A stretch of 49,125 nucleotides of DNA from NCBI GenBank assembly GCA_034430515.1, contig DAOUEP010000027.1, positions 1 to 49,125 on the forward strand, written 5' to 3'. The position numbers and the translations under genes are program-made. Numbering within the stretch: the stretch's first letter is position 1; the number at the start of each line of letters is the position of its first letter. Positions 16,225-24,863 of this stretch are shown here, one piece after another. The notes beneath the pieces were generated by a model. That model saw nothing but the letters and a program-made list of their open reading frames with translations. It ran no database searches and was not told the origin of the DNA. The DNA comes from Dehalococcoidales bacterium. Lineage in GTDB: Bacteria > Chloroflexota > Dehalococcoidia > Dehalococcoidales > RBG-16-60-22.

Positions 16225-16975
16225 TTAGCGGCAGCCTCCCCAGGTAGCATTGAATGCACTCGTCGTAGCCCTTCTCCCGGATGGTCGCCAGCATCTCGTG
16301 GGGGTCGCCGGTGCAGCCGATGGTGCCGCCGCACATGACGTAGCCGGTGCGGGCGTTGACGTAGTCCAGGATGTGGCCGGTGTGGGTGATGATGAGCCCC
16401 ATGCACCGGCGCTCCTGGATGGGGCAGTTCTTTTCCAGCAGGTCGTTCATCAGCTCGCCGATGAGGGCGATGTTGACCAGGTCGACGCCGGACTCCGGCT
16501 CGTCGAGCAGGGTCAGCTCCGGCTTTTGCGCCAGGAGCTGCATCAGCTCGGAGCGCTTGATTTCTCCGCCGGAGAAGCCGTAGTTGATATCGCGCTCCAG
16601 GAAGTCCTCCAGGTCGGCCCGCTCGGCCAGCTGGTTGATTTCGGCGTCGTCTTCGGTCTCGCTTTTCAGGCAGGCGGCCACCATGTCGCGTGTCTTGACG
16701 CCCCGCACCACCGGCGGCCGCTGGAAGGACATGCCGATGCCCATTCGCGCCCGCTCGTCGATGGAGAGATGGGTGATGTCCTTGCCCTTGAAGTGGATGG
16801 AGCCCCGGGTGACCTGGTACTTGGGGAAGCCCATGATGGTCATCAGCAGGGTGCTCTTGCCGGCCCCGTTGGGGCCGAAGAGGACGTGGGTCTCGCCATT
16901 CTGGATGGTCAGGTTGACGTCGTGGATGATTTCCTTGCCGCCCACGGCTACGGAGAGGTCTTTTATCTTCAGCAT
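16217..16975 (-). CDS. sufC: Fe-S cluster assembly ATPase SufC
   Basis: Walker A is GPNGAGKST, the signature is FSGGEIKR, and Walker B is LTLLDEPESGVD. Confidence 0.92.
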   Translation of the reverse strand: MLKIKDLSVAVGGKEIIHDVNLTIQNGETHVLFGPNGAGKSTLLMTIMGFPKYQVTRGSIHFKGKDITHLSIDERARMGIGMSFQRPPVVRGVKTRDMVAACLKSETEDDAEINQLAERADLEDFLERDINYGFSGGEIKRSELMQLLAQKPELTLLDEPESGVDLVNIALIGELMNDLLEKNCPIQERRCMGLIITHTGHILDYVNARTGYVMCGGTIGCTGDPHEMLATIREKGYDECIQCYLGRLPLSD

Positions 16976-16999
16976 CGTTTCACCATGCCAGCGGGTATT

Positions 17000-17530
17000 T
17001 TAACCGCCGTCGAGGGAGTGGTGCTCCGCCCGGGTAAACCAGTCCGCCGGGTCCTCGAGGAACTCAAAGTAGTCCAGCAGGGTGCTGTGGTGGACGGCCT
17101 CCTGGGCGGCCAGTTCCTCGTAAAACTCCTTTTCGCCGTCGTGGGTGGCGGCGGCGGCCTGCTCCTTGTAGAAATCGTAGGTCTTGTTTTCCATTTTCAT
17201 GGCCGTCTGGATGGCGTCCATCTCGGTGGGCAGGGCCTTATAGTCCCGGCCCATTTGCTTGATGGCCTCGGAGAAGACCGTCGCCAGCCCTTTACCGCCG
17301 TCGTGGGGGATGTGGGCCGGGGGCCAGCCCTTCTTCTGGCTCAGGGATGCATATATTTTTTCGAAGACCTGGCGGTGGATGTCCTCCTCTTCGGCCAGCT
17401 TGTTGAGGAGCTTCTGGCCCAGTTCGTTGGTGGCGGCCCGCGCCGCCTTGAGGTAGTACTCCTTGCCGTCTATTTCCATCTGCAGGGCCTGCTTGAGGGC
17501 CGCCAGCGTGGTTGCCTGGTCTTTTGCCAT
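17000..17530 (-). CDS. Ferritin-like (rubrerythrin-family) diiron protein
   Basis: It has ExxH motifs (EEDIH, QEAVH). I chose the ATG at 17530 (MAKDQ) because GGAGG precedes it. Confidence 0.75.
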   Translation of the reverse strand: MAKDQATTLAALKQALQMEIDGKEYYLKAARAATNELGQKLLNKLAEEEDIHRQVFEKIYASLSQKKGWPPAHIPHDGGKGLATVFSEAIKQMGRDYKALPTEMDAIQTAMKMENKTYDFYKEQAAAATHDGEKEFYEELAAQEAVHHSTLLDYFEFLEDPADWFTRAEHHSLDGG

Positions 17531-17790
17531 GAGCTGCCTCCTTGCGCTATGGGGTGAATTATCCGCCTCGCCGGGGCCGCCTACGCATGATAAAGCCAAA
17601 CGGCGGTGCTGTCAATCCGGTCGCGATGTCACACATATTGTACTGGCGCCGCCCGGCGCTGTATGTGATAAAAGTTGCATTAATCACACCGGGGCGATAG
17701 TAAAATATAGAATAAATGCTCTGCTAAGTATAGCATATCCCGCCCGGTATTGCCCGGCGGGACGGGCACTAATCACCGAAAGGAAGGGAA

Positions 17791-18039
17791 ATGACCGAGA
17801 AGAAAGTAGTTATCTATTCCACGCCCACCTGACCTTACTGTGGAAAGGCGAAGGAGTATCTTTCGCAAAAGGGAATCAAGTACACGGAATACAACGTGGC
17901 CGCCGACCGGGATAAAGCTAAAGAGATGGTGGCCCTGACCAAACAGATGGCGGTGCCGGCCATCATCATCGATGACAAGGATATCGTCATCGGCTTCAAC
18001 GTCGCCAAGCTGGACGAGCTGCTGTCAGCCAAGAAATAA
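17791..18039 (+). CDS. Glutaredoxin-like protein with in-frame UGA (putative selenocysteine) in the U-P-Y-C redox motif
   Basis: The translation is MTEKKVVIYSTPT[TGA 17830-17832]PYCGKAKEYLSQKGIKYTEYNVAADRDKAKEMVALTKQMAVPAIIIDDKDIVIGFNVAKLDELLSAKK. GGAAGGGA precedes the ATG. It is not in the ORF track because the TGA splits it. Confidence 0.75.
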
Positions 18040-18047
18040 GGCCGCCT

Positions 18048-18131
18048 TTAGAGGTCTTTCTTTAGCTGCTCAAACTCTTCACGGGTTATTTCGCCCTTGG
18101 AGTAGCGCTCCCGCGCTATGTCCAGGGGCAT
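18048..18131 (-). CDS. Possible 27-aa SHOCT-domain mini-ORF
   Basis: MPLDIARERYSKGEITREEFEQLKKDL resembles the SHOCT consensus. No clear SD is present. Confidence 0.25.
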   Translation of the reverse strand: MPLDIARERYSKGEITREEFEQLKKDL

Positions 18132-18240
18132 TGGCTTAGGGCATAATAGTTAAAATTTCATGTGATTTTAGTTACATACACCCCGAGGACGGAAAAATTA
18201 AAATTATACTAGTGGTTCCAACAAATCAAGGAGGTAGGCA

Positions 18241-18699
18241 ATGAATTTGACCAGAATCCTGATCATCGGTATTATCGTGCTGGGCGTGATTGGCATCGGC
18301 ATCGGCGGGGTCTTTGTACAGCAGGGGTTCGCCAAGGACAACCTGCTCAAAACAGCTATGGAGCAGGAGAAGATTACCCTGGGCATCCCCAGCGACAAGC
18401 TGGCGGCCGGTGAGGTTATCGATACGGCCAAAGAGGCCCAGATTGCCGGCGATACCGTCCGCGAGCACCGTCACAGCATCGCCCCCACCTACGGCGACCT
18501 GCTGGGGGGCAAGCAGTTCGACCCCACCAACCCGGAGCAGCTGACCTACGCCCAGGCGCTCAACCTGGAGAACTACCTGTACCTGGCCGTGCTCGGCTTC
18601 GGCGTGACGCAGATTGCCATGGGGGCGGGGGCGGCGATGATTGTCCTGGGGCTGGCCCTGGTGGCCACCGGCGTCGTCCTCGTTCGCCACAGGCACTAG
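18241..18699 (+). CDS. Hypothetical membrane protein (N- and C-terminal TM helices)
   Basis: AAGGAGG lies 6 nt upstream. The protein has a TM helix at each end and a soluble middle. Confidence 0.7.
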   Translation: MNLTRILIIGIIVLGVIGIGIGGVFVQQGFAKDNLLKTAMEQEKITLGIPSDKLAAGEVIDTAKEAQIAGDTVREHRHSIAPTYGDLLGGKQFDPTNPEQLTYAQALNLENYLYLAVLGFGVTQIAMGAGAAMIVLGLALVATGVVLVRHRH

Positions 18700-18773
18700 C
18701 GTTTCCCGGCTTCCGGCTCTTATGCTATACTGGGGGGCGTATCCGACTAAACGCCCCCCGGGAGGAAAGCCCC

Positions 18774-19079
18774 GTGCCCAAGCGCGTCAGCCTGGCGGTG
18801 AACCACGTGCCCGTTGACCTGGACTACTTCGTGGCGGGCTATATCGAGCGTGTCGTCGGCGGCATCATCGCCAGCCTGCACGATACCGGCGAGATTGAGG
18901 CGCTGGAGCTAATCGTGGATAGCGAGGGACGGGTCAGAATTAGCCTCAACAACGCCGACGTCTCCCTCAAGGAGTTTCCCGTGGAGATTATCCGGAGCAC
19001 CCTGGAGGGCGTGGTGGCGCCCCTCAAGGGCGTAGAGCGGGTGCTTAACCCCATCGAAATCCGGATAGAGACTGGCTAA
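18774..19079 (+). CDS. Hypothetical protein (101 aa)
   Basis: It starts at GTG after GGGAGGAAAG, and its codon usage matches the neighbours. I recognise no family. Confidence 0.6.
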   Translation: MPKRVSLAVNHVPVDLDYFVAGYIERVVGGIIASLHDTGEIEALELIVDSEGRVRISLNNADVSLKEFPVEIIRSTLEGVVAPLKGVERVLNPIEIRIETG

Positions 19080-19816
19080 GTCCCCGTCTCGCAGAGGCTG
19101 ACATCGCCCCAGGCCCCCACCCTGTCCCCCACGATGATGACCAGGCCGGTGAGGCCGGCTATCCCCTGTCCGAACTCGATGGCCGCCTCGATGTCGTCCG
19201 CCCCGCCGACCCGGTTGGCGATGGCCGTGGCCGCGGCGTCGGCCAGGGTGGTGTCCGGGGCGACGGCCACCACGGCGTCGGCCTTACCGAAGCTCAGCGA
19301 GGGCCCCACCGTCCCCGAGGAGGTGCAGACCCCCAGCGGCGTGGCCTCCGGCGGGATGACCAGCCCGATTTTGCCGGTCAGCGGCGAGTCCCCGGCGTAG
19401 ATGCCGACCGTTCTTTTACGGCTGATTTTGAGGAAAATGTCGCCGCCGTTTTCCACGATAACTTCCGGGGAAAACTCTAAAAGCTCCCGCCCGACCTCCT
19501 GCGCCACCGCTCCGGCCACCGCTGCCATCGGCCCCACGCCGGCCAGCCGTCCGGCCGCCAGCATTGCCAGCACGATGGGCGGGGCGCTCGGGGGAACGGG
19601 GAGGGGTTTCAGTGAGGTCAGGAACTCCGGGTCTTTTTTAATATAGTCTTCCAGCTGCTTGCGGTACTTAAGGACGCTGCGGCGGGCCTGGCGGGAGAGG
19701 TCGGAGGCGGCGCGGATATAGAGGTCGGTCTCCTTGATGGTGACGTTAAAGGCGGTCAGGTCTTTCCCCTCCACCCAGTGGCGGTAGGTGCGCGGCTGGT
19801 AGGCGGTTTTTTTCAT
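19076..19816 (-). CDS. UPF0280 / COG2122 ApbE-like protein
   Basis: The N-terminus reads YRHWVEGKDLTAFNVTIKETDLYI, and the C-terminal half is glycine-rich, typical of UPF0280. Confidence 0.75.
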   Translation of the reverse strand: MKKTAYQPRTYRHWVEGKDLTAFNVTIKETDLYIRAASDLSRQARRSVLKYRKQLEDYIKKDPEFLTSLKPLPVPPSAPPIVLAMLAAGRLAGVGPMAAVAGAVAQEVGRELLEFSPEVIVENGGDIFLKISRKRTVGIYAGDSPLTGKIGLVIPPEATPLGVCTSSGTVGPSLSFGKADAVVAVAPDTTLADAAATAIANRVGGADDIEAAIEFGQGIAGLTGLVIIVGDRVGAWGDVSLCETGT

Positions 19817-19819
19817 GGA

Positions 19820-20230
19820 CTAAAAGTGAACTTCCATCGCCCGCGGCGGGCAGGCGGTGATGCACAGCCCGCAGCCGATGCACTTCTCGTCCTCAAAGAT
19901 TATCCTCATCGTCCGGGGCTCCACCCGGAAGGCCCCGGCGGGGCAGACGGTGACGCAGGCCCCGCAGTGGGTACAGCGCGCCTCGTTGCGGGTCACGTCC
20001 TGCGAGAGCGCCTGTATCTTGACGCCCGCCTTCACCAGGAACTCGATGCCCCGGTCGTACTCTTTCTGGTTGCCTTTAAGCTCCAGCACCAGCAGGCCTT
20101 CCTGCTCCGGCGTGATGGAGGCCTTGAGGATGTTGAACTCCAGGTCGTAGTCCTTGACCAGCCGGTAGACGATGGGGCGCTCCACCAGGCGCCGGGGGAA
20201 CCGCAGCACTATCTTTTTGGATACGGGCAT
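19820..20230 (-). CDS. NIL-domain / 2x[4Fe-4S] ferredoxin protein
   Basis: The N-terminal NIL-like domain is followed by CTHCGACVTVCP and CIGCGLCITACP. Confidence 0.8.
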   Translation of the reverse strand: MPVSKKIVLRFPRRLVERPIVYRLVKDYDLEFNILKASITPEQEGLLVLELKGNQKEYDRGIEFLVKAGVKIQALSQDVTRNEARCTHCGACVTVCPAGAFRVEPRTMRIIFEDEKCIGCGLCITACPPRAMEVHF

Positions 20231-20247
20231 TTAGCTTACCTCCGCGG

Positions 20248-21465
20248 CTACAGGTCGCTCTCCTCGATGGGGCGCTCGTTGAGGGGCTTGCACTTCACGT
20301 CCGACTCCGCCCCCGGCAGTGGCGCCACGGCCCGGGTAAGCTCGAAGCGCCCCTCGGCGAGCCACCCCTTGATGATGGCGGCGATTTCCACCGCCAGCGG
20401 GTAGCTGGAGCGCGAGGCGGTGGGCACGTCCTTGCCTTTTACCTTAATCTTGCCGCTCTTGAGTTCGGCGTAGCTGACCTCGCCCAGCCTGTCCGGCTTG
20501 AGCTGGGGGAAGGCGTCGGAATAGTCGATGACTGGCGCCAGGATGTCGGCGTCGGTCACCGTGGTGTAGGCCAGTATCTCCTCGTCGAGAATGGGAATGG
20601 GCACGCCGATACCCACCGTCAGGCTGCACCCGTAGCCGACGACGCTCGTCCCCACCAGCCAGCGCGGGCTCATCTGCTTTAAGTCGCCGATGACGGCCAG
20701 CGTCCCGGCGCCCTCTTTGGGGATGCCTTTATCGGTGCGGGGCACGGCGGGATTGTGCTGGGTGCCCTGCCAGGCTACGTAGCCCACGCCGCCCCCCAGG
20801 AAGATGCGCGTGCCGATGCCGATGGTCTGGTAGTACGGGTCGTTGAAGAGCGGCGAAAGCTGCCCCGCCGACGAGTAGTTGGCGTTGCCCAGGCGCGGCT
20901 TGAGGATGCCCATGTAGGTATAGATGGTCTTCTCCGACGTGTTCACCGCCACGTTGTAGTTCTGGTAGGCGTTGCGCACGTTGAAGAGCACCGCCTCGTT
21001 GAGGTCTTTGATATTGAGCCAGGTCTCCAGCCGCTTGCGGGGGTAGCAGTCCGTCCCGTAGGCGGCGGCGACCAGCCGCACGTCCTTGCCGGCCACCAGC
21101 TCCTCGATGACGTGACCGCCGCCGTAGATGAATTCGCCGGGGTGGATGCGGTTGCGCGGGTCGTCGTCGGGGAGGGCATTGGCCCCCAGGAATAAATCGG
21201 CGGCGGCCAGGCCGGTATAGGCCGGGACGTCGTTAAGATAAGCGTGCCCGCCGCCCAGCTTGATACGCGGCCGGGTATGGCCGATGTTGAAATAGGCCCC
21301 GGAGGAGCACATGATGCCGAAGGTGCCGGTGGTGACCACATCCACCTCGCGGGCGGCCTGCTTGAGGCCTTTTTCACGGACGACGTCAATAATCTCCTCG
21401 GCGGTGAAGACCACCGCCTGTCCCTTTTTGATTTTCTGGTTGATTTCCTCGATTGTCTTGGCCAC
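20248..21465 (-). CDS. COG1900 (DUF39) homocysteine biosynthesis protein
   Basis: VDVVTTGTFGIMCSSGAYFN and the overall sequence are typical of COG1900. It starts at GTG. Confidence 0.8.
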   Translation of the reverse strand: MAKTIEEINQKIKKGQAVVFTAEEIIDVVREKGLKQAAREVDVVTTGTFGIMCSSGAYFNIGHTRPRIKLGGGHAYLNDVPAYTGLAAADLFLGANALPDDDPRNRIHPGEFIYGGGHVIEELVAGKDVRLVAAAYGTDCYPRKRLETWLNIKDLNEAVLFNVRNAYQNYNVAVNTSEKTIYTYMGILKPRLGNANYSSAGQLSPLFNDPYYQTIGIGTRIFLGGGVGYVAWQGTQHNPAVPRTDKGIPKEGAGTLAVIGDLKQMSPRWLVGTSVVGYGCSLTVGIGVPIPILDEEILAYTTVTDADILAPVIDYSDAFPQLKPDRLGEVSYAELKSGKIKVKGKDVPTASRSSYPLAVEIAAIIKGWLAEGRFELTRAVAPLPGAESDVKCKPLNERPIEESDL

Positions 21466-21540
21466 GGCGCGCTCCCTGTCTCCCGCGCTAAAGCGGGATT
21501 ACATAACAGTCTAGCACGATACCACATCCTTGTACAACAT

Positions 21541-21606
21541 CCCCCCGCCCCCCTCGTTGTTATCTTTTCCCACCCACCCGCCCCCGGTGAAGCCACGGCT
21601 TAGCCC
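21541..21606 (-). repeat. Degenerate solo arm copy of the repeat family
   Basis: The reverse complement GGGCTAAGCCGTGGCTTCACCGGGGGCGGGTGGGTGGGAAAAGATAACAACGAGGGGGGCGGGGGG aligns with the 1664-1729 type. Confidence 0.7.
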
Positions 21607-21676
21607 GGAGGTTTACCACCCCTACCCCTATAAGCTATAATCAAAGTAGGGCCTTTTTCTCAATAAGGAGTCAACT

Positions 21677-23461
21677 TTGCTCAGAACCCATTCCTGCGGC
21701 GAGCTGCGTAAGGAGCATGCGGGCACCCGGGTGACCCTGGCCGGCTGGGTCAACCGCCGCCGTGACCACGGCGGCCTTATTTTTATCGACCTGCGCGACC
21801 GCGAGGGACTGGTGCAGGCGGTCTTCAACCCGGAGACGGCCGGCGACTGCCTGAAAACCGCCGAGGAGATGCGCAACGAGTACGTGGTCAAGCTCACCGG
21901 CGAGGTGGCGGCCCGCCCGGCGGGCACCGAGAACGCAAAGATGCCCACCGGCGAAATCGAGGTCATCGTGAGCGGGGCCGAGATACTCAACACCTCGCTG
22001 ACGCCGCCCTTTTACATCAACGAGGAAGTCGAGGTGGATGAGAACCTGCGCCTCAAGTACCGCTACCTTGACCTGCGCCGCCCCCGCATGAAAGAGAACC
22101 TGATGCTGCGCCACCGCATCATCCGGTTTATGCGCGACTTTCTGGACGCCCGCGGCTTCGTGGAAGTGGAGACGCCCGTCCTCATCAAGAGCACCCCGGA
22201 GGGGGCGCGCGACTACCTGGTGCCCTCGCGCCTGCACCCCGGCGAGTTCTACGCCCTGCCGCAGTCGCCGCAGCAGCTCAAGCAGCTCCTCATGGTGGCC
22301 GGGCTGGAGAAGTACTACCAGATTGCCCGCTGCTTCCGCGACGAGGACAGCCGCGCCGACCGCCAGCCGGAGTTCACCCAGCTAGACATCGAAATGAGCT
22401 TTGTTGACGAGGAGGACGTCCTCGGCCTGCTGGAGGAGATGTTCGCCGCGATGATACCGGCCCTCAAGCCGGAGAAGCGCATGATGCTTCCCTTCCCCCG
22501 CCTGACCTACGCCGAGGCGATGCGCCGCTTCGGCACCGACAAGCCCGACCTGCGCTACGGGATGGAAATCCAGGACCTCTCCGGCGTCGCCAGCGGCACC
22601 GAATTCGCCGTTTTCAACCGGGCGCTGGAATCTGGCGGCTGCGTCAGGGGTATCGCCGTCCCCGGCTGCGCCGGCTACTCGCGCAAGCAGCTGGACGCCC
22701 TCAACGACATGGTACGGGAGATGGGCGGCGGCGGGGTGGTCACCATCGCGCTGACCGCCGGCCTGGAAGACCTCACCGCCGAGACGGTCAAGTCCAACGC
22801 CGCCAAGTTCCTGACGCTGGCGCAAATCAAGGCGCTGGCGCAAAAGCTGGAAGCCAGCCAGGGCGACCTGCTGCTGGTGGTGGCCGGTAATGATGACATG
22901 GTAAGCGAGGCCCTGGGCGGGCTGCGCCGCGAGATGGCCGGGCGGCTCAAACTGGCCGACCCCGACCTGCTCGCCTTCGCCTTCGTGGTGGACTTTCCGC
23001 TGTTCACCAAAGACGCCCGGACGGGGCGGCTGGACGCGGTGCACCACCCCTTCACCATGCCCCGCGTCGAGGACGTGCCGCTGCTGGATACGGCGCCGGA
23101 GAAGGTACTCTCCCAGGCCTACGATTTTATCTGCAACGGCAGCGAGCTTTCCAGCGGCAGCATCCGAATCCACACCGCCGCCATGCAGCGCCGCATCTTT
23201 AACCTGCTGGGCTACAGCGACGCCGAGGTCGAGGCGCGTTTCGGCCACCTGCTGGAGGCCTTTGACTACGGGGCGCCGCCCCACGGCGGCATCGCCCCCG
23301 GCATCGACCGCATCGTCGCGCTGCTGGCCGGCGAGGCGACCATCCGCGAGGTCATCGCCTTCCCCAAGACGCAGAGCGCCCAGGATTTGACCTTCGGCGC
23401 GCCGGCGCCGGTTACCGAGGAGCAGCTTAAAGAGCTGAATATCCGCCGGCGCGACGACTAG
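21677..23461 (+). CDS. aspS: Aspartate--tRNA ligase
   Basis: It has class IIb motifs (FYALPQSPQ, CFRDED, GGIAPGIDR). The TTG start follows AAGGAG. Confidence 0.95.
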   Translation: MLRTHSCGELRKEHAGTRVTLAGWVNRRRDHGGLIFIDLRDREGLVQAVFNPETAGDCLKTAEEMRNEYVVKLTGEVAARPAGTENAKMPTGEIEVIVSGAEILNTSLTPPFYINEEVEVDENLRLKYRYLDLRRPRMKENLMLRHRIIRFMRDFLDARGFVEVETPVLIKSTPEGARDYLVPSRLHPGEFYALPQSPQQLKQLLMVAGLEKYYQIARCFRDEDSRADRQPEFTQLDIEMSFVDEEDVLGLLEEMFAAMIPALKPEKRMMLPFPRLTYAEAMRRFGTDKPDLRYGMEIQDLSGVASGTEFAVFNRALESGGCVRGIAVPGCAGYSRKQLDALNDMVREMGGGGVVTIALTAGLEDLTAETVKSNAAKFLTLAQIKALAQKLEASQGDLLLVVAGNDDMVSEALGGLRREMAGRLKLADPDLLAFAFVVDFPLFTKDARTGRLDAVHHPFTMPRVEDVPLLDTAPEKVLSQAYDFICNGSELSSGSIRIHTAAMQRRIFNLLGYSDAEVEARFGHLLEAFDYGAPPHGGIAPGIDRIVALLAGEATIREVIAFPKTQSAQDLTFGAPAPVTEEQLKELNIRRRDD

Positions 23462-23477
23462 ACCACCGGGAGGAAAC

Positions 23478-24863
23478 TTGAAAGTAACCAGAGAGAAAAT
23501 CGAGAACCGCCAGGCCTATCTCACCGTGGCCATGGAGCCCGCCGAGATGGAAGCGGCCAAGACCGACGCCTACAAGCGCCTGGCGCAGCGGGCCGATATC
23601 CCCGGCTTCCGCAAGGGCAAGGCCCCCCGGGCGGTGGTGGAGCGCCACCTGGGCAAAGACCGCCTCCTCGAAGAGGCCGTCGAGCACCTGCTCCCCCAGG
23701 CCTACGAGCAGGCCGTCAAGGAGGACGCCATCGAGCCGTACGCCCGCCCGGAGGTGGAGATAACCCAGAGCGACCCGCTGGTCTTCAAGGCGGTGGTGCC
23801 GCTGGAGCCTACCGTGGAGCTAGGGGATTATCAATCTATCCGCATGAAGCCGGATAAGGTTGACATAACCAAGGACAAGATAAACGGCGTCCTCGAGGAG
23901 CTGCGCCACCAGCACGCCACCTGGGAGCCGGTGGAGCGGGCGCTGGCCTATGATGATTTAGCCGTCATCGATATCGACGCCACCGCCGACGACAAGCCCC
24001 TCATCAAGCGCCTCGACGTGCAGTACCAGGCGCTCCAGGACGCCACCACGCCGGTGCCGGGCTTCGTGGAACAGATTATCGGCATGAAGAAGGACGAGGC
24101 AAAAGAATTCAACCTCACCTTCCCGGCGGAATACCCCTCCGGCCCCGACCTGGCCGGCAAGGAGGCCCATTTCAAGGTAAAGCTCACCGAGATTAAAGAA
24201 GAAAAGCTGCCGCCCCTGGACGATAACCTGGCGGTGCAGGTAGGGGCGGAGTTCACCACGCTGGAACGCCTCCGCGAGGAGGTGGTTAAGAGCCTCCAGG
24301 TGCGCGGCGAGGAAAACGCCCGCATGGACCTGGAGGAGCGGGTTATCAACGCCGTTATCGACCAGTCGCAAGTTGAATACCCGCCGGTGCTGGTGGCGAT
24401 GGAGACCGAGCGCATCCTGAGCGAGCAGGAGCGGCGGCTCCAGCAGTCGGGGAAGGGGATGGACGACTATTTAAAGAGCCTCAACAAGACCGCCGAGCAG
24501 CTCCAGGAGGGCATCAAGCCGGTGGCCGCCAAGAACGTGGCCGCCTCGCTGGTGCTGAGCAAGGTGGCCGAGGCGGAGAAAATAGAGGTCAGCGACGAGG
24601 ACGTCCTCAACGGCATCCGCAACATGGCCCGGGGCGTCGCCGAGGACAAGCGCGAGGACATGGTCAAAATGCTGGATACGCCGCAGACCCGCCAGTCGCT
24701 CACCTCGTCCCTCAAGACGCGCAAGACCATTGAGCGGCTCACCGAGATAGCCCGCGGCCCGGCCAGGAAAACCAAGCCAGCCACCGGGGGCAAGACCGCC
24801 AAGCCCAAGGCGGCCAAACCCCGTAAGACTACCAAGAAGGAGACCAAGGAGGAGGAGAAATGA
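23478..24863 (+). CDS. tig: Trigger factor (with Lys-rich C-terminal tail)
   Basis: The GFRKGKAP ribosome-binding signature is present, with a PPIase-like middle domain. It ends in a TGA that overlaps the clpP ATG. Confidence 0.93.
   Translation: MKVTREKIENRQAYLTVAMEPAEMEAAKTDAYKRLAQRADIPGFRKGKAPRAVVERHLGKDRLLEEAVEHLLPQAYEQAVKEDAIEPYARPEVEITQSDPLVFKAVVPLEPTVELGDYQSIRMKPDKVDITKDKINGVLEELRHQHATWEPVERALAYDDLAVIDIDATADDKPLIKRLDVQYQALQDATTPVPGFVEQIIGMKKDEAKEFNLTFPAEYPSGPDLAGKEAHFKVKLTEIKEEKLPPLDDNLAVQVGAEFTTLERLREEVVKSLQVRGEENARMDLEERVINAVIDQSQVEYPPVLVAMETERILSEQERRLQQSGKGMDDYLKSLNKTAEQLQEGIKPVAAKNVAASLVLSKVAEAEKIEVSDEDVLNGIRNMARGVAEDKREDMVKMLDTPQTRQSLTSSLKTRKTIERLTEIARGPARKTKPATGGKTAKPKAAKPRKTTKKETKEEEK

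Noticed and set aside
17600-17790. Operator-like inverted repeat TGTGAT-N13-ATCACA (about 17663-17687) and hairpin CCCGCCCGG-tattg-CCCGGCGGG (about 17739-17761) between the divergent ferritin-like and glutaredoxin genes.
   Set aside because: The spacing does not fit the CRP/FNR, Rex or PerR/Fur consensus sites I know, and I could not place convincing -35/-10 boxes. I note it as a possible regulatory region but it is not supportable as a specific site.
17830-17832. Genome-wide reassignment of TGA (to Trp or Gly) as the explanation for the in-frame TGA.
   Set aside because: tig terminates at the TGA at 24861-24863, overlapping the clpP ATG. Conserved protein ends elsewhere are consistent with standard code 11.
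17463-17915. 150-aa + strand ORF overlapping the glutaredoxin start.
   Set aside because: It is in a different frame from the conserved glutaredoxin sequence, spans the AT-rich intergenic promoter region, and has no recognisable motifs.
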